Source: Candidatus Poribacteria bacterium
Lineage (GTDB): Bacteria; Poribacteria; WGA-4E; PCPOR2b
Assembly (NCBI GenBank): GCA_965116925.1
Contig: OZ220744.1
Coordinates: forward strand, 1,568,001 to 1,632,000
DNA: 64,000 nt
Direction of reading: 5' to 3'
The translations under genes were made by a program, and so were the position numbers. Each line of letters opens with the position of its first letter. The first letter of the stretch is position 1. Of the stretch, positions 47,122 to 54,646 are shown piece by piece. Below the pieces are notes generated by a model that was not told the DNA's origin, made no database searches, and worked only from the letters and a program-made list of their open reading frames with translations.

Positions 47122-47167
47122 GCGGGGAAACCAGATGCCCCGCCTACGGTTAGCTGCGTAAGTTCTA
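47122..47167. repeat. REP hairpin followed by a family C end
   Basis: GCGGGGAAACCAGATGCCCCGCCTACGG (also at about 54350); TGCGTAAGTTCTA. Confidence 0.65.
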
Positions 47168-47204
47168 AAGTTCTTTTTTCAAATCCGATCTAAGGTTCAG
47201 TATT

Positions 47205-48269
47205 ATGTCCGACTCTCACCTTCCCAATATCCGCAAAATCTTAGTCATCCGCAACGATGGCATTGGTGACCTCCTTAATTCAACACCCGCCATTGCGATG
47301 CTGCGTCAGAACTACGCCGATGCAGAAATCACGGTGCTCGCCCAACCGTTGAATGCGCCGATCTTGGTCGGTAATCCCGACGTGGATCGGGTGCTAATTT
47401 TTGACCGGGCAAACGAACATCGCCGGCTGCGCGATCGATTACGATTTTATCAGCACTTACGACATGAGCGGTATGACATTGCTGTTGCGATGCGGACCGC
47501 TTCGTGGTGCAACTTTGTTGCATTTCTGTCGGGTGCAAGGTATCGGTTGGGACGCCACCAAAAGCGGTTCAAAAGTTTCCTAACACATCCTTGGCGGGGA
47601 CAGTATAGGAAAGGGGAGACCCACGAAATTGATCGGAATTTTGACTTAGTTGGGCTAATTTGTGATGGAAGCGGACATCGACGATTGGTGCTGAATCTAC
47701 TGGATGATGAAATCGCGGAAACACAACGCCTGTTAGCAGATTGGGAAATCGGGCCGAACGATTTCTTAGTTGGCATCCATCCGGGCGGCAGTTCGTTTGA
47801 TAAACGGTGGCCCGAGGAAAATTACGCCCAAGTTGCCGATACACTTGCACATCAATACGGTGCAAAGATTTTGATTCTTAGGGGTCCCGACGAAGCTGAA
47901 TTGGAAAGAAATATCCAGACAGCACTACAATCCAAATCTGTTGCTTACGCCCCGAAATCAATACGCGAGCTTGCTGCGCTTATAAAACGTTGCGATTTCT
48001 TTGTCTGCAACGACTCAGGCCCCATGCACATCGCTGCGGCTTTAGATGTACGAACTGTTGCGATTTTTGGTCCTACCGATCATGTCGCTTGGAAACCGCT
48101 CAGTGAGGAAGCAACGATTGTCAGGCGAGATATGCCGTGTTGGCCCTGCAGTGCCCACAAATGCAAGATTGGCTGGGAGTGTACGAAGAAATTAACGATT
48201 GACACTGTATGGGATCGGGTGGAAGAATGGGCACAGGATAAAGTAGACGCGATAGATCTCAAGCGGTAA
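47205..48269 (+). CDS. Glycosyltransferase family 9 (LPS heptosyltransferase-like)
   Basis: IGDLL, HPGG...KRWP, NDSGPMHIAAA, IFGPT, CWPC. Confidence 0.9.
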   Translation: MSDSHLPNIRKILVIRNDGIGDLLNSTPAIAMLRQNYADAEITVLAQPLNAPILVGNPDVDRVLIFDRANEHRRLRDRLRFYQHLRHERYDIAVAMRTASWCNFVAFLSGARYRLGRHQKRFKSFLTHPWRGQYRKGETHEIDRNFDLVGLICDGSGHRRLVLNLLDDEIAETQRLLADWEIGPNDFLVGIHPGGSSFDKRWPEENYAQVADTLAHQYGAKILILRGPDEAELERNIQTALQSKSVAYAPKSIRELAALIKRCDFFVCNDSGPMHIAAALDVRTVAIFGPTDHVAWKPLSEEATIVRRDMPCWPCSAHKCKIGWECTKKLTIDTVWDRVEEWAQDKVDAIDLKR

Positions 48270-48329
48270 TTTGACATACTCCACAAACCTATCGGAAGCT
48301 CACCTCAGTTGCTCTATTTACTGTCAGCA

Positions 48330-49103
48330 CTATATGAATAACTCACATATCGAGTCGGCACGTTTCACAACCGTACGGTCATCAATCCTTGTTGCACCTC
48401 GGCGCAGATATCCCTCAATGGATTGCCCTTTAAGGACACGGATTTCCTGCTCATAGGGCGGCTCGATTTTCACAGGTATAATCTGATTGATATTTCTGCA
48501 CGCTTCAGCCACCGTTTTTCGGGTTGCTTCCCGCGCTTTTTGGGGAGATAGGTGCAAAGCGAGTTCTTGTCCAAGTCCCTGCTTCGTTTCTACAGCGTAT
48601 ATGTTGGAAATCAGTTCCTTAGCTTCTGCAACTGCTTTATCATCGCCTGAGATGAATACCGTCGGCACATCAAATTCCCCTGCCATCGCTGCGCGGCAAC
48701 CAAATTCTCCAATCGGCGTCCCGTTAAGTTTGTAGTATTCGACAGACCTTGATGAGTACGTGTGGCTCAACGGTGCGTTGGGGGTTCCTGCCATTGCATG
48801 TTGCCCAACAAAATAAAGCGCGTCATAGGTTTCATCAAGGTAATAAGGTGGACTGATGGGGCCTCTTGCAATCAATTTTGCTTCCGGATGGAATTCCAGC
48901 ACATCAATCCCACCGTTGCCGTGTCCGTCCCAGACAACGATTTCTGCGTGCCGATCAACGTCCAAGATCCCTTCAATAGCGGCATTGACCTCCCATGTAA
49001 GCAGCTTCATCGCAGTTTGTTTCTGGGGTCCCTCTTCGCGGGTTTGATTAAACCGGGAGACCATTGCAGGACCTTCCAGATCGGTGAGAATGTAGATTTT
49101 CAT
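48330..49103 (-). CDS. M55 family D-aminopeptidase (DppA-like)
   Basis: DLEG, EVNAAI, DGHG, GQHA, LSHT, SGDD. Confidence 0.88.
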   Translation of the reverse strand: MKIYILTDLEGPAMVSRFNQTREEGPQKQTAMKLLTWEVNAAIEGILDVDRHAEIVVWDGHGNGGIDVLEFHPEAKLIARGPISPPYYLDETYDALYFVGQHAMAGTPNAPLSHTYSSRSVEYYKLNGTPIGEFGCRAAMAGEFDVPTVFISGDDKAVAEAKELISNIYAVETKQGLGQELALHLSPQKAREATRKTVAEACRNINQIIPVKIEPPYEQEIRVLKGQSIEGYLRRGATRIDDRTVVKRADSICELFI

Positions 49104-49115
49104 CAAGCCCTCTTT

Positions 49116-49526
49116 TTACTTCCGCTTGAGATAGGGGAGCAGTAACTCGTGGGCAGTCACGACATTGACTGCAAGGGAATCCAAGGCGAGTAGGAGTTCG
49201 TTGGAATCCATGTTCTCGGTTGCGAGGCTATCCACTAGGACGATGTGGTGGTCATCGGGTTCGCTTGAGTCAATTCCGAAACAGGTTGGTAGGATTTCGG
49301 TATTTTGGTCAAGGATTTTTCCGTAGATTTCTTCCAGCCTCGATGTATCGAGATCGTTGACGCTGCAGAGATCTATCAAGAATTCAATCTGTGCATCGTC
49401 AACCACGGCAAACATGTTGAGTCCGTCTTCATCTTGGATGATAAGAATATCAGCCTCTGTAGAAACGCTATATCCCTGCTCGTCTAGGAATACGGTGATA
49501 TCTACCGGTGTGTTCAATTTTGACAT
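49116..49526 (-). CDS. YjfI/DUF2170-like protein
   Basis: Acidic 136-aa protein directly downstream of pspA; pattern ILDQNTEILPTCFGI...DSL...LAVN. Confidence 0.6.
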   Translation of the reverse strand: MSKLNTPVDITVFLDEQGYSVSTEADILIIQDEDGLNMFAVVDDAQIEFLIDLCSVNDLDTSRLEEIYGKILDQNTEILPTCFGIDSSEPDDHHIVLVDSLATENMDSNELLLALDSLAVNVVTAHELLLPYLKRK

Positions 49527-49598
49527 TGTTCTTCTCCTTCACTGCAACATACGAAAGATATTTCAGCCCAAATCTATTGATGTGTCAGACGCCTATTG

Positions 49599-50273
49599 TT
49601 AAGCATTTTTGCTGCCGACTTTGGCTTTCAGGGCTGCCAAATCATCGTCTACATTCCCCGTTTCAAGGGCGGCGAATTCTTCCTCAAGTGGATCGCGGCT
49701 TAATTCTGACATTTCTGACGCAGCATCGGCACGTGCTTCCATATCTCCGACTTTCTCCTCCATACGATCGAAGGTCGCAAAAGCACTATTATCCTTCATA
49801 CCTGCCATTGTTTCATGGATTGCCTTCTGTGCCTTCGCCCGTTTTTGTCGCGCAATCAGCAGGTTTTTCTTGCGGCCTGCTTCATCAATTTTCCGCTCAA
49901 GTGTTCGGAGATTATCCTTGAGCATGGCGACCGCTTGCTTCTGTTTATCCCACTGTTCCTTGTAGCCTGTTGCAATATTTGCATGCTCATTGCGGCGTGT
50001 CAGTGCTTCGCGTGCAAGGTCTTCGTTCTCTCTCTGGAGGGCGATTGTGGCTTTCTGTTCCCAACCGTCCGCTTGCTCCTGCTCGTTTTCGTAGTCCTTT
50101 TGGAGCCGTTTTTCCTGCGCGATAGCGGTGGCAACCTGCTGTTTGACCTTGACTAGTTGTTCTTGCATCTCATTCGTTATCTGATTCAGCATTTTTTCCG
50201 GATCTTCTGCTTGGTCCAGTGCAGCATTCACATTGGATTTGAAGATAGTGGATACACGGTTAAAGAATCCCAT
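49599..50273 (-). CDS. pspA: PspA/IM30 family protein
   Basis: MGFFNRV, AEDPEKML, LAREAL, FDRMEEKV; coiled coil. Confidence 0.92.
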   Translation of the reverse strand: MGFFNRVSTIFKSNVNAALDQAEDPEKMLNQITNEMQEQLVKVKQQVATAIAQEKRLQKDYENEQEQADGWEQKATIALQRENEDLAREALTRRNEHANIATGYKEQWDKQKQAVAMLKDNLRTLERKIDEAGRKKNLLIARQKRAKAQKAIHETMAGMKDNSAFATFDRMEEKVGDMEARADAASEMSELSRDPLEEEFAALETGNVDDDLAALKAKVGSKNA

Positions 50274-50427
50274 TTTACGCCTCCTATTTAATCTAGTGAT
50301 AGGTGTTGGTTCAGAAATTTACTCCGATAAAACTAACCTCCAATTATAACCGAAAATTTTCCCATTGCCAACCAAAAAGTTAGGAATCCATAGCCTAGCT
50401 TGATAAGTGAGATTTTCCTCTCAGATG

Positions 50428-52383
50428 TCATTCCAGTAAAATCATCTTCCGGGTATCGGTTTCTTTTTGGAATTTTAGGGTGTAGAAATATGTGCCGCTT
50501 GCTGCGCGCTCACCATCAAAATTGCGCCCATTCCAATAAGCGGCGCGATGTTTTTCAGAATAATCTCCAGCAGCGCGTTTTCCAAGTTCAAGGAGGTTAA
50601 TTAAACGTCCATTAGAGTTGTAAATCCGAATGGTTACTTGACCGGAGGATGCCAGCTTAAAGGGTATCCACGTCTCTGGATTGAACGGGTTCGGATAATT
50701 TTGTAAAAGTTTGCCTCGTTTTAGTTTGCCCAAAGTTGTCGGTAGCAGATCGGAGGTTGGCTGAACCGCAACGGGTTGGGGAAACCCTGTACCCCCAAAC
50801 TGATTAAACAATCTATCATAAGCGGCTTGTGCACGAATAACCCCGTAACCGGCGATATTATCGGGCTTGTTCGCTTGCGAAGCTGTGGTGCGAAGTATGT
50901 TGACTATATCCTGTACAGTTGCTAGGGGGAAGGCTTCCATCAGTAGAGCGATGCCGCCGGCAGCAAGCGGTGCCGAAGCGGAGGTGCCGATATAAAAATT
51001 GAAAAACGCTCCATGTGTGGTTGGATCGATGGTGGTGACGCGTTCACCCAGTGCCATCAAATCTGGTTTAATCCGCCCGTCGAAGGTGGGACCTCGTGAG
51101 CTGAAAGGTAACACCTGTCCGTCGCGGTCTACAGCACCAATAGCAAGAACGTCAAATCCATCGGCGGGAGGGGTGATTCGTCCCGGCAGTCCGAACGTAT
51201 CGCTCGGTGGTTGAGCCCCCAGATTTCCCGCAGCGATAACGACAGGGATCCCTTTTTGAACGGCAAGGTTCGCGGCAATCGTAACTTTTGAGGTTTTTCC
51301 ATCTAAGTCTGCGAAACGATACCATTCAAAATAGCCGAGCGAACTGCTTACTACATCTACCCCCATCTCTTCGAGCCATTCAAGTCCTTCAACCCACCAA
51401 TCCTCTTCGATTTGCCGCTCAAACACGATACCACGCCGCGAAACTACCTCTGTTTTTCCAAGGAGGTAGCGGGCACGGGGCGCGATACCGATGAGTTGCC
51501 CCGGTGCATCGCCAGCGAGGATACTCAACACCGCCGAACCGTGGTCATCTTGATCTGGATCATCCTGATCTACCTCATCGGCGGTATTGGCATCGTCATT
51601 GATAAAATCGTATTGGGCGATAATATCCACACGCTCAAGCGCGGTATGTTCCAGATTGAACCCTGTATCGAGTAGTCCGATAACAATGTCCTCACCGAGA
51701 AAGCCTTCTTGGTGTAGGAAGTCCGCCTGAATTTGTGCAATTTGTGTCTTAGCGTTCCCGTAGTCCAAAACCTTGGCAGCGGAAGGGGCACTCGGTGGTA
51801 ACGAACCGCTGATGGGGATCTCAAAAGGCATTGTGTACTGATGAATAGGATCTATCGCGCGGATATAAGGCAGGCGAGCGATTTCACGAATCTCCTGACC
51901 TGTTGCCTCTAGTCCAATGCCGTTTAGCCATCGACTCTTGCTGCGGAGTTTCCCTCCCAATCGAAGCACCGCCTCAATATAGTGGGGTTCGATGGGCAAA
52001 TCTGTAAAATCCGGACGGCTGAGTTGCGCCCGGAGCTCGCGGCGATGCTTCGCTCTATTGGACATCTGGGCTTGATATTGATCTATCGCTCTGCGTTGAT
52101 CGGACGTTGTCGAAAATCCCTTGTCGGCAAAGAGCACCCATACTTTTAGTGTTTCATTAGGGGTATGGAAACGAATAGATGGGGAAATTTTGAGGTTTTG
52201 GTTGGGGGTCGATATTGCTGGAGGGGCTGCTGCGAATGAGATGAATATGATAGTAGTACAAACCAATCGACAAAGCAGGGTTCGCGGTTTAGAGGAGCAT
52301 CCTAATAACGGGTTCCTCTGTCCCAACGGTATCAATTCTTTTATCGAAAGATTTCGGGAACGTGGAGATGCAGTTAGAGTCAT
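50428..52383 (-). CDS. S8 subtilisin-like serine protease with FlgD-Ig/T9SS-like C-terminal domain
   Basis: LDTG, HG, AAGN, GTSASAP; QNYPNPFNPETWIPF. Confidence 0.9.
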   Translation of the reverse strand: MTLTASPRSRNLSIKELIPLGQRNPLLGCSSKPRTLLCRLVCTTIIFISFAAAPPAISTPNQNLKISPSIRFHTPNETLKVWVLFADKGFSTTSDQRRAIDQYQAQMSNRAKHRRELRAQLSRPDFTDLPIEPHYIEAVLRLGGKLRSKSRWLNGIGLEATGQEIREIARLPYIRAIDPIHQYTMPFEIPISGSLPPSAPSAAKVLDYGNAKTQIAQIQADFLHQEGFLGEDIVIGLLDTGFNLEHTALERVDIIAQYDFINDDANTADEVDQDDPDQDDHGSAVLSILAGDAPGQLIGIAPRARYLLGKTEVVSRRGIVFERQIEEDWWVEGLEWLEEMGVDVVSSSLGYFEWYRFADLDGKTSKVTIAANLAVQKGIPVVIAAGNLGAQPPSDTFGLPGRITPPADGFDVLAIGAVDRDGQVLPFSSRGPTFDGRIKPDLMALGERVTTIDPTTHGAFFNFYIGTSASAPLAAGGIALLMEAFPLATVQDIVNILRTTASQANKPDNIAGYGVIRAQAAYDRLFNQFGGTGFPQPVAVQPTSDLLPTTLGKLKRGKLLQNYPNPFNPETWIPFKLASSGQVTIRIYNSNGRLINLLELGKRAAGDYSEKHRAAYWNGRNFDGERAASGTYFYTLKFQKETDTRKMILLE

Positions 52384-52390
52384 AAATTAG

Positions 52391-52419
52391 ATTGTAGCAG
52401 CGTCGTGGCTCACCGTCAA
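52391..52419 (-). promoter_or_regulatory. sigma70-like promoter immediately before the S8 start codon
   Basis: TTGACG-17-TACAAT on the minus strand. Confidence 0.55.
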
Positions 52420-52449
52420 GGGTAGATTTGTTTCTCCATGATTCTCTGA

Positions 52450-52478
52450 TTGACAGGAATAAGTATGTCCTTTATAAT
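52450..52478 (+). promoter_or_regulatory. Consensus sigma70 promoter
   Basis: TTGACA-17-TATAAT. Confidence 0.75.
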
Positions 52479-52628
52479 GCGAATTAGCAAGCATTTCATT
52501 AATTGACTTTCTTCTTTTCGTCTAGCACAGAAAAGTTAAAAACCGGTATGATAACTTGGGAAAGTTTCAGGCTACTTAGGATTTTACAACCAATGCAGAC
52601 TAATTTTAGATTGATTAAAGAGCTTTTG

Positions 52629-54169
52629 ATGTATAGAAAGGAACACTTTATTTCAATTTTTGTCTTCCCAGTTTTGGTGACCTTACTTTTAGGTGCTTTC
52701 ACGCCGGCTTTTTCTGAGAATGGGGCAGAAACCGATGTAAGTTTCACACTGCAACTGCTCCATGCAGCAGACATGGAAGGGGATATTGAGGCACTTGACA
52801 ACGCCCCACGATTCTCATCGGTACTGAATGCACTTAAAGCCGAATTTGAAAATACTGTTATCATCGGAGCGGGCGATAGCTACATCCCTGGACCGTTTTC
52901 CGCAGCGGGTAATGACCAAAGCCTTCGCGATATCTTAGGGCGTGAAGGATCGGGCCGGGCGGACATTTTGATACTCAATGGAATGGGATTTATGGCGGCA
53001 GCACTCGGCAACCATGAATTTGACACAGGCACTGGTACACTCGCAGGGTTGATTCGGAATGATGGTAGAGGTTACGCCGGTACTGCGTTCCCACTCCTGA
53101 GTGCAAACTTGGATTTTAGTCTTGATAGCAACTTTGCAGATCTCGTTGTCGATGCAGGGCAGGAGGCAAGCACGATTCCAAACAGTATCACTAAGAGTGT
53201 GGTCATCACAACGTCTTCGGACGAAAAGATTGGTGTTGTTGGCATAACTACACCATGGCTCGGCAGTCTATCCAAGTCAGGAGATGTCGGGATTGCCCCT
53301 GAAGATCCAGATGATATTGTGGCATTGGCGGCGATCGTCCAAGAATCTGTTGATGCGTTGACGGCAACCGGGATAGACTCGGTGCGACGGTCGTCATCGA
53401 ATATGATCCATCAGTTAGTAGCTTTATCGGCTTTACAGAAAGCTCTTCTGGCGCGGGTTTCCCTGTTGAAGGTGGGAAGGGTTATATTATCAACGTCCCT
53501 AAATCAAAGGTGGTTAGATTTACCGGCCGTGCGTGGAAAAATAGCTCGACGACAGCTGCAGCTGCGCCTACCCCTACCCAGACACCCAAAGTATGGGCGT
53601 TAGTTCTTCACGCGCAACTTGAAGGGATCGATGGCGTAACGTTGACCGTTCACAACCGGCGCACTGGCGTTTCGGAGATTGTTGATTTGAACGGATCGCA
53701 CGCTGTCTGGGCAGATATGAACCGTCGAACGGTTGCTTCCATCGGCGACACCCTAACGATTGAAGTACGCGATGCAAGTAGCGAACTGATTCGCATTCTG
53801 CATCACGAAATTGATGCAAAAGATATCCGTCGAGCGTTCACGGAACTGATATTGACTATAGAAGACCTTCAGCCGAGACAGACCGCGCTGCTCGCCAATT
53901 ATCCAAATCCGTTCAATCCGGAAACTTGGATACCGTACCAACTAGCAAATGACACAGATGCTAGGATTCGGATATACTCGCAGAAGGGAGAAGTCGTTCG
54001 ATCGCTTGACCTCGGGTTTCAGCGTGCGGGATATTATGTTGGCAAGTCACGCGCTGCTTACTGGGATGGTCGTAACGGTTCTGGTGAGTTGCTGGCTTCA
54101 GGTGTTTACTTTTATCAGCTGATGACTCCTGAATCAACGGCAACCCGAAAGCTGGTTATTGTGAAGTAA
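52629..54169 (+). pseudogene. Secreted 5'-nucleotidase/metallophosphoesterase with an internal deletion, joined out of frame to its C-terminal FlgD-Ig/T9SS-like region
   Basis: LLHAADME, AGD, GNHEFD, then the family-like sequence stops at DALTATGID (about 53375); another frame continues LGATVVIEYD...GFPVEGGKGYIINVP...NYPNPFNPETWIPYQL. Confidence 0.75.
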
Positions 54170-54191
54170 GACGTTGTGACATATTCATAAC

Positions 54192-54438
54192 TATGGCAAA
54201 TTTCAGAATCAATTAGACACTGTGGACGAGCGGGATCAGGAACCCTGTGCACAGAGTTACGGCACACGGAGTGTGCCTACTACCTTTAATGTCTCTTTAT
54301 TTTAGCTCATGTTAAGAATGAGTGCAACAGAAACTAAGTTTTTGGCACGGGCGGGGAAACCAGATGCCCCGCCTACGGTTTCTTCCGATATTTCGCACTT
54401 TCTTTTTAAATGTGCCTTTATTTTTAGGATCTACTACA
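54192..54438. mobile_element. Family A MITE containing a family B insertion, itself inside a family D end
   Basis: TATGGCAAATTTCAGAA / TTTAGGATCTACTACA; B at 54304-54416 flanked by TTTATTTT (54296-54303, 54417-54424); AATAGCCCTA at 54439-54448. Confidence 0.82.
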
Positions 54439-54466
54439 AATAGCCCTATAGTGGCTGCAAAAAAAC

Positions 54467-54575
54467 TTGACAACAATTAACACAATAATATACTATTTTA
54501 TTGAGGTGAAAAATATCCGATAACATCGGCTGCAATTGACTAAGTATCCAATTTCAACCGATCGGATCCCTCAAT
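54467..54575 (+). promoter_or_regulatory. Promoter and structured 5' leader of the TonB-dependent receptor
   Basis: TTGACA-16-TATACT; three stacked stems at 54500-54575. Confidence 0.5.
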
Positions 54576-54646
54576 CGTTTTGTCGCCATGTCAATTCTTA
54601 TGTATCTAATTCAAATTAACAACCTAATTAAGGAGTCTAACTAGCT

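Noticed and set aside
53510..54169. Independent 219-aa gene
   Set aside because: The frame is open and protein-like from about 53375 and has no signal peptide; it is better explained as the tail of the broken nucleotidase.
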